Shown piece by piece: positions 34,902-46,388 of a stretch of 64,000 bases of DNA. The position numbers and the translations under genes were made by a program. Source of the DNA: Podarcis pityusensis. Taxonomy: Eukaryota. The stretch lies in the NCBI GenBank assembly GCA_964106645.2, contig OZ067042.1; one strand, given 5' to 3'. Position 1 is the first letter of the stretch; each line of letters begins with the position of its first letter. The notes under the pieces were generated by a model. That model did not search any database. It was not told the origin of the DNA and worked only from the letters and a program-made list of their open reading frames with translations.

Positions 34902-35779
34902 GGATTTTCTATTTGCAGGAGTGCTTAAGCTGTTTGACTTCACCTATGGTCAATTTTCATATTTGTAAATAAACCCAAATACTGCAAAAACAAAACAAAA
35001 TTCTAAAACCCAACATCATAATTATCCAGTCTTTTCTGCTTCCAAAGGAAACCAAGCCCAGGGAAAAGCTGCTCCTGAAACTTCTCAGCACTCAGTGGGG
35101 AACACATCACTATGTATTTCTTGTGGCGCACAGCTCTGCCCAAGAGCACAGTTTGGGAATTACTGAAAAGAAGGGTTGGAAGTGTAGGGAATCTTTTGAC
35201 TTCACAATGTTCTGACTTTACAGAGGTAGTAGGGTGGGTGTTTTTTCCTAATTCTGTTTATATACACTGAAATGCTCCAGGGACGGAAGATGCACTGCTT
35301 GGATTTACCAGGGTGGTGCAAACCTGCAAGGAGTTTGGCTGCAGCTCAGAGAAGCTCCAGAGTGCTGCTGCTCAATGAAGCAAGTGGAAACATGATCAGA
35401 GCAGACTTGGGTCTAGAATACCATAGGGGTGGTAATGCTTAATTTATAAATCTTCCAGCTTGATGTAAGTAGCAGTGCATCCTCAGAAAGAAAAGTGGCT
35501 CTTACCATATTGACCTAAGAGATCAAATAGCCAGGATTTCCTGCTTCCGGTGCACCAGGAATGGAGTTTCTCCCAATACCGCAGGAGAGAGGCAGAGGGG
35601 GATAATCAGATAATGATAAGGTTGGAAGAGGAACCAGTGTCTCATCTGTGAGGACAGGCAAAGGCACTGGGTGCACAGAGCACTCCGGCTGTCACGACCC
35701 ACACCCACACCCCAATCCCGTTCCTGGAAGCACAGGTCATCCTGTTAATTGGACTTTGATTGGAGTAAACTACAGGCAT

Positions 35780-36940
35780 GTGCCAGAGACGATGAGATAA
35801 GAAACTGCAAAAACAACTCAGCTACAAGGATGTGAAAGGTTTGGATTGAGAGCAGATTTCATTTGGTGAAAGAGATGATGCGGGGAGGGGAGCCCACGGT
35901 TTGCTTACTTAAGGTTTTTCTCTACATTTTGATATGGCAACCCCCGCCCCACTCCGGAATGCAAGATTTAAAAATATCTGCACAAGTGAGGATGGAGGGA
36001 ATTGGAATATAATATGGAATTTAACAAAACTGGAACTTTGTGTGTGAGAGAAAGGAACTGATAGGGAAGGGGGTAAAAAATGCTATGCTTTTAAAATATA
36101 GAGCAAAATCCTCCCTAACCTCAATTATCCACAAAGGAATGAGAGATAAAGATAAATGACCATAACTGAGCGGCAGGGAGGAAAGGGGTCTACCAGCTGT
36201 GAGAATAGAAGTTTTTGGATTAACTATCTGCAGTCTGGATTCAGACTGTTCTTCCTAGGCTGGAAAAATGGCAAAGACGGTTTTTCCAGGAAGCCAAATC
36301 ATGGGACGAAACAATGCAGTAACTTTTGGAAACTGTGAGAAAAAGCTTCTTCCGATACATGACGGGAACCATCAACAGTTGCAGGAATAAAGGATAAAAA
36401 ACTATGTATCAGGCATCCCCAACTTGCAATCCTTCACTTCAGATGTTTTGGCCTACAACTCCCATGACCCCTAGTTAACAGGACCAGTGGTCAGGGATGA
36501 TGGGAATTGTAGTCCAAAACATCTGGAGGGCCGAAGGTTGGGGATGCCTGCTATATATGGACGGGGGAACTTCATGGGGGAAATTGTCACACGTAGGAAA
36601 GAATAAGGATTACAGCTAAAGTTCCTCACTTGAAACTTTATAAATTACCTGTTATACCAACACAAATTGAAATCACAAGATTGTAGCTGTTATATAAGGG
36701 ATTATTATATCTGAATGGAATGGAATGGAAATGATTAAAACTTTGGAATGCATAAAAAATGTAGAATAATGAACTTATCAACTATAGCATACGGAGCCAG
36801 TTTAATTAAATTGTATAATTTGACATTTTAATAATTGGCATTAATAATTGCATTAATTGGATAAAATTGGTATTGTTATAATGAGGCTATTATTGGCACG
36901 ATGCTGGAAAAGCAATAAAAAAAATCTATTTTAAAAAAAA
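35780..36940 (+). mobile_element. Degenerate L1-type 3' end (ORF2 C-terminus, 3'UTR, A tail)
   Basis: A-rich, Trp/Lys-rich broken frames; AATAAA plus A tracts at 36914-36940. Confidence 0.5.
36410..36550. mobile_element. hAT MITE
   Basis: TIR CAGGCATCCCCAAC / GTTGGGGATGCCTG; 8-bp TSD CTATGTAT/CTATATAT. Confidence 0.88.
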
Positions 36941-36949
36941 GATATCAAG

Positions 36950-37135
36950 CAGCCCTTTATTTCTTCTGGTCTCTTGTGCAATTTTTTTTGTATGATCCTT
37001 GGGTCCAATGCCAAAAGAAATACATCCTTCCTGGTATATCTCTTTGTTAAGGCATCCGTCTTAATGATTAAACTCAACATGAAAAACCACATCTTCCATT
37101 ATTTCCATCCACACAGATAAAAATTAGCTTCAACT
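36950..37135 (-). pseudogene. Putative coding-exon relic with in-frame stop, product unidentified
   Basis: Pyrimidine-rich ...TCCAG| acceptor; SVWMEIMEDVVFHVEFNH*DGCLNKEIYQEGCISFGIGPKDHTKKIAQET. Confidence 0.45.
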
Positions 37136-39244
37136 CTGGACCAAAAGGGGGGGGACCCAACAACAACAACAACAACAGACAAATCTTACTGTGGATCACA
37201 ACTGAGTTTTTGAGAACCTTTACTTTTGTAGCTGCTTGAACAAACAGAGCAGCTTCCAATCCCAAGCAGTGCACTGAGTAAAGGTGAAAATTCTTGGAAT
37301 AAGATGTTTGCACTTGGCCTGAATGTCAGGAAATTATTTGGTCACATCCTGCTGGGTTTCTCATAGCAGGCCCCAAGGGTTGAAGAAAACTGTGGTTATA
37401 GACCGTTCCTCTTTAAGATGGTGATGATGGGGGTGCTGAACAAGCATTGATTGTTGTTGCTTCCTGCCTCTCGAAATTATATCTTACTGCAGAGTTATTG
37501 CAGATGAATTATGTATGAGGCTGAAATCACTTTTCCAAAGTACCTGCAGCCTCTAGCAGAGCTGCAAAACAGACCAAGGTCCATCTTCAGTGTATGTGGT
37601 TATAGCATTCTGCATGGCGTTATTCCATTGAAAATGAATGTGCTTAAATCATAACTGCTGCTATCAAGTATTTGTATCTAGATCAATCTTATCTCTGCCC
37701 TTTCATTGGTTGGGGCCTGCTGAGCAGAGTGTCCACTTCTAACAACTAGGTGAGAAGAAATCTACTGTTAGCACTATTTGGTTTCCATTTAGCTGAATCA
37801 GTCTGTCTCTATATCCTATCCGAGACCATAAGGGACTCAGTTTGCTCAGACCTAATGGTTTATTGATCTGCTGCATGGCATATATGCCTTGTAATAAATA
37901 AGAAAAGGGGCAAAGGGTCCTTCATTTTAAATGCAAGACATGGCACTCCTTTAAAGTGTTTCTTTTGCCATCTGTATTAATTCACTGAAATTAGTCATTA
38001 CCTGATTTCACGTCCCATTGATCCCAAGCGCAGACAGAACTCTCGGAGCTGAAAAGAATTTGGGAATAGCCCTGCCATTAGTATGGATAGAAGAGTTCTG
38101 TTTCGTTGCTTTATCAGCGAAAGGGTTCCTATCAAGCTCTTCTCAACACGGCTTAGGTATTTGTGGTTTTTTGTGTATGCTTGAGACTGCCCTGTTCCAG
38201 GTCTGTTTAATGAGGAAATGTCACCAGCAATACCAAATGCCTAGGATCAAAGATGGTGCAAAACGTCTACAAGTAGCTCCCTGAGAAAAGGGAATTACGA
38301 TGGCCATATAATACCCAATCAGAGCCAAATAATGAGTCACACTGCTTGGGAATATTATCATTCTATTCATGAACATGAAGAATGGACATTGATGCTATGC
38401 TAGCATGGAGCCATTTTATGTGCTGGGGAGGGGACTTTTCTTGTGGTAAGTTTGCTTTCCAGTGCCATTCTCCCCTGTAGGTACCATAACCATGACTAAT
38501 AACAGTCCCAGAGCATGCAGTGTCTTCCAGAAAATGAAAAGCACTTGCTCCTCTTTCCATCACTTTGTTATGCAAAGTTCATTTATTCGAAAAGGTAGTG
38601 TCCAGTCCTGGTTTATTCCTTTTCTGGAACTCATTGCATAGCCTTGAAGGTACTATTTTTCTGTGCTGCTTGCTGCACACAGCCATATATTGCCCAGTGA
38701 GGGCATTAAGACCAATGAATTGGCTTGTGGTGATACAGAGGCAGACATTTTCATTGGTGACTCTGGTGTTGTGGAATGTACTTCCTCCTGAAATATGAGA
38801 GGTCCCAAGTGTCCTGGCATTCCACCAGCTGTGTAAACACACATGTTTACAGAGACATTTCCTTGATCTCTTCACTTGAGTCTCCTGTTTTAATTGCTGT
38901 TTTGTTTCAAGCATCCTGTCTCAACTGTTCTTCTCTTCCTCATGATTCCCAGCTATATCTTGTCATTTGAACTCTCCCTCGTTCTGGCCATCTCCTCCTC
39001 TCTGTCTGCTGTCGGCTCTCCTCACTTCTCCGCCATCCCCAGTGCTGCCTGCACATCCAGTCAGAACTTAAATGCCTTTTGGATAGGTAGCAACTCTACC
39101 CCCTTACTGTTTCCAACTGAATGCCAACATTCAGTTAAAAATGAAAACACCTAAAGCCTTCATCAAAAGGACATTAGGCCGCTGGAAACAGCCACTTGTG
39201 TGAGTGGCTGAGGATGGGTGGGGGAATCCACTTGATTCCTTTAT

Positions 39245-39350
39245 CATAAGAACACAATAAGAGCCCTTCAGGATCAGGACAAAGGCCCATCTAGTCCAGC
39301 ATCCTATTCTCACAATGGCCATCCAAATGCCTTTGAGAAGCCTGCAAGCC
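39245..39350 (-). mobile_element. Old CR1 3' terminal fragment
   Basis: CATAAGAAC...GGATCAGGACAAAGGCCCATCTAGTCCAGCATCCT. Confidence 0.6.
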
Positions 39351-40516
39351 ACCAACAGCCAACACCTGTAATATTCTCAATTGCTTACCAGTAGCAGAAC
39401 TCATTCAGCCCCACTGGTGGATCTCAAAACTCTGAAGGTGGCCAATCCACCATGATTCTTCGGATCAGGCATACACTGTTCTTCCCCTGCCAGTTCCCTT
39501 GTACTGTAATGGATGGTGAACCCTTGTGTAGCTTATCACAGAAAATTAAGTCTGCTTAGTACTTTAATTGGCATGTCAATACACTTCAAGAATGCCTTGC
39601 CTAAAATGTGGCATGATCCTCTCCAGAATTTTTCCCAGTAGTTCAGCAGTCCCAGTAACTACCAGGGGTCCCTGCATCTGTAATTAAGAAAGCAAAAGAG
39701 AGCTATGTGCTATATAGCCAGTGTAATGTGTAGTTTGGTCCTAAGCAACCTGTTGCTCTCTGCAGGTTGAGCTGTCAGGAAGCCCTGTTTCATACCCTAT
39801 GGGCTACAACCGAACAGGATAAATGTCAAAAAATATTAACTACATCTTTCTAAAGACTCTTCTCTGTTTTCTAATGAGACATCAAGGACAAAAAGATTTA
39901 TTTCCAAGAAAACAGTAGCAATGAAAACTGACAATCAGTGAAGTGCCATGAAGTGGTAACCAAACAAAGTATTAAGGGAAATCCTTTGAAAGGCAGGATC
40001 CTAGCACAGCCCGGAGTAGATTTCCAATAAACAAACAAACCAAACCATGGGCATGGCATGAACCAAACAGATTATTGCTCTTTTATCATCCTTTGAACTA
40101 AATCCTGCTTGGCATTCTCACCACTAAAGTCAGAGGAAATAACCATACAAATCAATTTAGTGGGATTCAAACCTCCTGGCCAGATTCTAACCTCATCAAC
40201 ATTACTTTATATTGTGGCAAAACCTCCATTTATTTCAGTGTATGCATTTCCAGTTTCTGCAAAGCCAAGTTTGTGGCAGCTTTGTTGACATGAATTTTTT
40301 CCCTTGTGCTTGGCACTTCAGTCCTAAATACATAGACTTGGAAAGTAAACCCAAGAAAGTTTCAAATACATGTATTTATGATCTAAACTTAGCAGCTCTG
40401 TTCTATATAGTTGTTTTATTTCTTCTGGCATTAATAGCAAAAATTGTATGACAATATTGGCAAGTAAGAGCTCATCCTGACTTTCAGCTGCCCCAACCCC
40501 AATAGATGGCAGGAGA

Positions 40517-40802
40517 GAATCAAATATTTGTAGAACAGAACAGGCACATTGTCAAACAAAATCAAATACTGGAAGTCAAATATAATTGCCTGCCAAATTC
40601 TATCAGACACCAAATATCAGGTGTCAAATGGCATAAGCTGTCAGATATTGAATATTTTCTAAGTTCTAACAGAAGTTGTCAAATACAAAATATAACTGCA
40701 TATTAGTCAATACTGTCTAACATAAAGTTTCCAATATCAAATATTGAAATCAAATACCAAATTTTCCTGGATATCAAATACTTATGCTGAATGTCAAATA
40801 TT
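40517..40802 (+). repeat. Cryptic degenerate repeat of RTCAAATA
   Basis: About a dozen same-strand copies or near-copies in ~290 bp. Confidence 0.65.
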
Positions 40803-41313
40803 CAATGATCATTTTGAGCAGAATGGATGAAGACAGATTCGGTGGTATCAGGTTTATTGCCTGTAAGCAGGAGGATCATCTGGCTGCTATGACTATCTAT
40901 CCTCAGTGGCCTATTTACCATAGTAAATTTGCACACCAGAATGGTATTTGATAGTAAACCCCAAGTATAGTAAACACCTCAGAAGCAGACTCCTTCCTTC
41001 TAAACCCTGAACAATTACCAATGTGTCTCAGAATTTGCCTTCATCTCGCACCACTTTCACACGCCAAAAAACATTCACAGCATGACAGCTTCCTGTAATC
41101 CTCAGCGCACACACATATCCCTAGATAGTCCAGAACAGTTTTAACAAAATATTTCTCTGAAGGTATACTCAAGCAACTTACTGAAGAAGGCTAAGGAGCT
41201 TGTTTACACACAGCATACTTGAAGGACTAAGTACAACACAATCTTAAGCATGCTTACTCAGTAGGAAGTCCTGCTGAGCTCCTTAACAGGGTCCTTACCC
41301 CTACTAAGGCTGC

Positions 41314-41788
41314 TGTCATGGTCTGGTTCACGGGCGATCAAAGTCCCGGCTGGGGACATCGGGACCGGGGGCAAGATGGCGGGGTGGGAGCAGGAACAGG
41401 AGTCCAGAAGCCAGGAGTCAGGAAGCCAAGGGTCTGAGAGTCAGGAAGCAAGGAGTCACGGAGTCAAGGGTCCGAGGATCAAGAAGCAAGGAGTCACAAA
41501 GTCAGGGGTCCAAAGATCAAGAAGTAAGAAGTCACAAAGTCAGGGGTCCAAGGATCAAGAATCAAGGAGCCAAACACAGCAAGGCAGGGAACGTGTTGCT
41601 GTGGCAAAGAGACGAAGGGAAATGCTGACCTTATATCCCTTCCTGGCTCTTGCCACCAGGTGCTGTGAGTTACTAATCAGCCTCACCTGTGAGGCCGTGC
41701 CTTACCTCTTCAGAACAAACTTAGGAAGGCCCCAGTCCTGCAAAGTCCTACTGGTCACAGGGCCTGGCTCCTACTCGCACTCCTGACA
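41314..41788. mobile_element. Solo LTR (Gypsy-like) with internal ~38-bp tandem repeats
   Basis: TGTCA...TGACA termini, 5-bp TSD GCTGC; repeats GGAGTCACAAAGTCAGGGGTCCAAGGATCAAGAAGCAA. Confidence 0.88.
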
Positions 41789-43026
41789 GCTGCTGCCAAA
41801 CTGTCACTATTTTGTGGGTAGGATTCAATACCATACCAGTAAATTCAAGTTGTGCAGTTAAAGTGAATTGGGCACTGGTAAATGTGGGATAACACCTGTT
41901 TGATGTGATGACCTATGACCCTGCTACAAATAAATGTGAATGCATGCTCAGTGAACAGTAGACCTTCCTGCAGATTTTGTGCAAACATGTCAGAAAGAAT
42001 GCATAATGAGCAGGTCATCTGGAAGTGAGTTTTGTGTTCTTAGGGTTGCAGTCTCTGTTGCTCCTGGCTGCTTGTGATTATACTACCAGGGTTATTAGCT
42101 GCAAATTTCTTAAAGGCTGGTCACTGAAGAAATGCAATTCCTGGTGATTGTGGTCTCATCATTTTCTGTCTCTGGTCCTATGTTGTGTGTTTCCTGTACT
42201 TAGGAAAGCCCACTGCAGAAACATTTTTAATAGCACTGGATCTTATTTGCGATTTGATGCCCCCCAGGAAACTTAGAACTTGGCATATCCTGCCCTTGCT
42301 GCAATTCCTGGATTAATAGTCAGGGCAAAGGGCAAACTTTGAGTATTTCCACATGCCCCAAAAGCTTCTGCCTTTATAGCAACGAATTGCCTTGAACAGA
42401 AGGTACACGAGCATTTGAAGTAGAGCAACCAGCTGCTTTGCTTTCCCAACTATCTTTGGGTGCCCCACAGGTTTTTAAGAAGATTCCTCTCATTGCCCCC
42501 CTCCTCTGCATTGACATCTCACCATACTGAAAGAAGTCACATGTCAAATGCTAGCTAGATTAACCAAATTCACTAATTTTTCAGAAAGTAGCATGGTTGC
42601 AAGAAGTCTTAAGAAAATTAGTTTTAGTTTACTGTTTAGTTTTCCTATTTACTCACAATGGTTTAGGGAAACCAATGAAGTATAGATTGATTTCAGTAAG
42701 CAAAGCTCTCAGTCGGAAGAGTGCTTCATTAATTCAGCTGTGGTCAATAGCCTCTTGACCCACCAATAAAGCATTAAATATAATCTGGATTCCTTAGACT
42801 TCTAGTCAAACACTTGAGTCTTTGAATGGGTTTACCATGATGATGTGCAGAGTGACCTTCCGTGATTTGACCTTGGCTAAATCTATATTGCAGGAGTTAT
42901 TTTCATTGATGCATTCATGATTCATGGGTGAAAGATAGCCATATTATCACTAATGATCAATCAGCATTTTCCTCCCTTAAGTCTTATTCTAAGAGTTGGC
43001 AGGCACTTAAAAGAATATGAACACTA

Positions 43027-43268
43027 CAGTGGTACCTCAGGTTAAGAACTTAATTCGTTCCGGAGGTCCGTTCTTAACCTGAAACTGTTCTTAACCTGAA
43101 GCACCACTTTAGCTAATGGGGCCTCCTTCTGCCGCAGCGCCACCACTGCACGATTTCTGTTCTCATCCTGAAGCAAAGTTCTTAACTCGAGGTACTATTT
43201 CTGGGTTAGCAGAGCCTGTAACCTGAAGCGTCTGTAACCTGAAATGTCTGTAACCCGAGGTACCACTG
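43027..43268. mobile_element. Tc1/mariner (Tigger-like) MITE
   Basis: TA|CAGTGGTACCTC...GAGGTACCACTG|TA. Confidence 0.92.
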
Positions 43269-43454
43269 TATTTTGTTTCTTCTTATAATTGCGATTTGAT
43301 TTACCATCCGCTTTTAGCATTATTTTTCTTTACCATCTCTAATGCACAATTCAACCAACAGCGATATAATGGGAACCATGAAATGGATCAGAATTTAATG
43401 GAACCACATTGCCCTTGCACATTTTCCATGGTCAGAAGAAGTGCTCATCATTAG

Positions 43455-43615
43455 AGAGCTGGTGTGGTTAACTGACTAGAGAGTTGGACTCAGACCAGGA
43501 AGAACCGGGTTTAGATTGCATGAATCTCACTCATGGGCTGTGAGATACTTCATAGGGTTGTTGAGAGATAAAATAACTACCGTGAGTTCATTTGAAGGAA
43601 GGGTAGGATGGGAAT
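43455..43615 (+). mobile_element. Old tRNA-derived SINE (MIR/Squam3-like)
   Basis: Eroded A/B-box head and CATAGGGTTGTTGAGAGATAAAAT core. Confidence 0.5.
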
Positions 43616-43914
43616 GTGATAGATAAATTTACCACGTCAAGAAAATGGAAAAGAAATTGTCATGTAAGAATGCAGTTGAAATTTTGTGTCCAGACTTCAG
43701 TGTTCTGGTCAGAACTCTTCATATACTGTTCTCAACAACCACAACTTTCAATATCAGATCAATTAAGGGTGAAATCAACTACATTCTTCAAAGCAGATAT
43801 TGAAGTAGCCATTGCTTTGAGTAACAGGCATACAACCAACTCTTAAGTTGTTCCCATTTCAATCTAAAATTGAACAATTCTAATTACACTGGGGATTTGG
43901 AAATCTAATTTTTG

Positions 43915-44562
43915 CGTTACATCCAGCCTCATATAACCAACATGCTTATGGCTAATTAATGCATGAAGGGGTTAAGACCATAAAGTAAGCTGTCCTGCCA
44001 GGCTTAGCTAGGTCAGTCCACCTCACCTTGGGAGGAAGGGTTATCCAGCCTTTGTTCTACCCATTCCATCATGTGAACCCTACCAGTAAGGAGGTCTAAG
44101 CTGGATGCTCCATCTTTGTGTTTCTATACAACAAAGCCATATTTGTGTTTCTATACAAATAGTTTAGGAATATTTACCATTTTGGAACCTAAGCTATACT
44201 GCCTGTCTTTTATTGCTGCTGAATGGGAAAGCACATGACTCTGACCATTGAAGAGTTTGTAAATAAACCATTTTTAACTTACCAAACGTATGGTCTTTTT
44301 CTATGCTAAGGGAAGTGGGAACTTTAAAAGCAGCTTAGAATTGGATGTTTTAAAGGTATAACAGTCTGTATTTCCAAGCTTTACTTCGCTGCATGTTTTG
44401 TGTTTTTAAATATCTGCTGGGGTTCTCTCACCAAAGAGTACTTGCCCTGAACCTGGATCTAGGCATCCAGGGAATTCTTCTTTTTTATTTTACCATATCT
44501 ATTTTTCCTTTAGCCAAATGAAACCATCAGATTTTGACTTGGTGGGAGGAAATATCTTAAGC
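43915..44562 (+). mobile_element. Possible old LTR
   Basis: LTR-like composition with TTTGTAAATAAACC; termini and TSD not confirmed. Confidence 0.3.
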
Positions 44563-46388
44563 ATTACTTTATTGGTCTGGTAGTCTTAAATCACTGTATT
44601 GGTCTGGCAGTCTTTGAGGAGTATTCAGTGACTCAGACATAATCCATTCAGGGCCAAACTAGACATCATAAACAGATGCATGTAACATTCCCCACAACCT
44701 TTTAATAAATAAAAATAAAATAAAGACCAACCTCAATGTACTGAGGCTGGACACAGAGGAATGACAAGAGGAGAGGATCCTTAACCTTCTCTCTGCCTGC
44801 CTACCAGCCAGCCGGCCAGCCATTTTTTGCCTCTCAACATCTTCCCCAAGGTGCTTCCTCACCAGGCCCAGCGTTAGCACTCAGCATACAGGAGCAATCC
44901 ACATTTTCCTAGAACACATCTCAATAGAAACGTGGACCAGCCAGTCTGTATTTACCAATATGAAAAGTTGTATTGTGAAATCATCATACAGTTGCCTAGT
45001 TTAGGATAGATTTGGATGCACACTTACTACATTTGAGTCATGTTTTCTTTCTATGTGAGCATACCTGCATGGATTTGTGCGTACTGCCTGTCACCAATAA
45101 TACAACACCACAAAATACATTGAAGATCATTTTGGGTGGCATGTTTTGGGTGCCCAGTAACACATACTGATGCTCATGGATATCCAAGCCAATGCATATC
45201 ATGGCATAATGTAGCAAACAGAAGAGAACAGCAGCTTATGCGTGATAAGTGCTGTTCTATTCATGGATGGGATAAGAGCTGCAGGCCAGGCTTGAAAATC
45301 CTCTCCATCAGCAAGAGATTGAAAAAACTAACAGCTGGGGAAAGATACAGAGAGCGGTTGAGAAAGAGCAGTTCACTCTTACTAATGAAATTTGCCTGTC
45401 ATCGAACCCTTCAGGCTATTGCAAAAAAGATACAGGAACCTCACAAAGGACCAACTGTACCACCTCAGGACTTCCCTCCAGATGCCTTCAAAGAAACAAT
45501 GGCAACTTCCTCCAGAGTTGTATAATCCTTGCTGCATCTCCTATCAACCGCAAACAAGAAGTGACACTGTTGTCAGTCTTCAAGTGCGCTAAAACTACCC
45601 ATTGGTGGCCACCACCACTGAGCAGTGGCATGTTAGGATGGGTAAAAACATGTCCCTGCCACACGCATTTGGATCCCATATTAAGTACATAGGTGATGCA
45701 ATTAAGTACTTGGTGGTTCCCAGATATCCTCAAGAGCTGAAGTTGACTATCCACATGGGCAAAATAAAGCCATGTTCAATAAATCCTTCAAAATAAAGTG
45801 AAAGGACTAAGTAGTCTATATGAGAGGCACAGATAGGATAACTATTTTTCCCCTCTAGACAACCAAAACATTAAGTATCCCTTTAATACAATGCATGGAA
45901 AACTTATTATTTCTAGATCCAGCTTCCTATGCATAGTTTGGTTGGGCCCTGTATAATTATATGAGTGGAAACATGCTGTTAATAACACCAAAGGATATAT
46001 TATAAAGAGGTTGGGATAATATGCGTAATCACTGTGGTTTGCACCTTGTTAGATTCTGGAGAAGGAAAATGTTACATTCTCTTTTTTTAATAATAAAAAA
46101 GCAAGGATACAGTCTTGTAATAATAATGCAAAAGGAAGGTGAAAAATGAGGTAAGGCAGCTTTGGTTATGCATAACAAAGACCTTCATTTTCACAGCCAT
46201 TATGAAAACAAGCTTTTCAAAGGTACTCGGGTGCCATACAGCAAGTCTCAATCGTATGTGCTTACTCTGTTATTAAATTTAGCCTCGGGGTCCCTGGTTA
46301 TAAATGAGAGATCTTTATGGCTTCAGTTTGATGTATTTAGCACTAGAGTCACTGTAGTAGAAACCAAGCTGAAATGACAGTTTCCCTA

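Noticed and set aside
34801-37081. Calling the HVEF relic a Schlafen nuclease, APOBEC-type deaminase, tetraspanin or cystatin
   Set aside because: Only 4-6 residue resemblances. It lacks SAFAN, PCxxC, the transmembrane helix or QxVxG, so it is left unidentified.
41376-41786. 136-aa Ser/Gln/Glu-rich ORF
   Set aside because: Translation of tandem repeats inside a solo LTR.
45136-45796. Overlapping 65-130 aa ORFs
   Set aside because: No recognisable domain, splice context or paralogue evidence.
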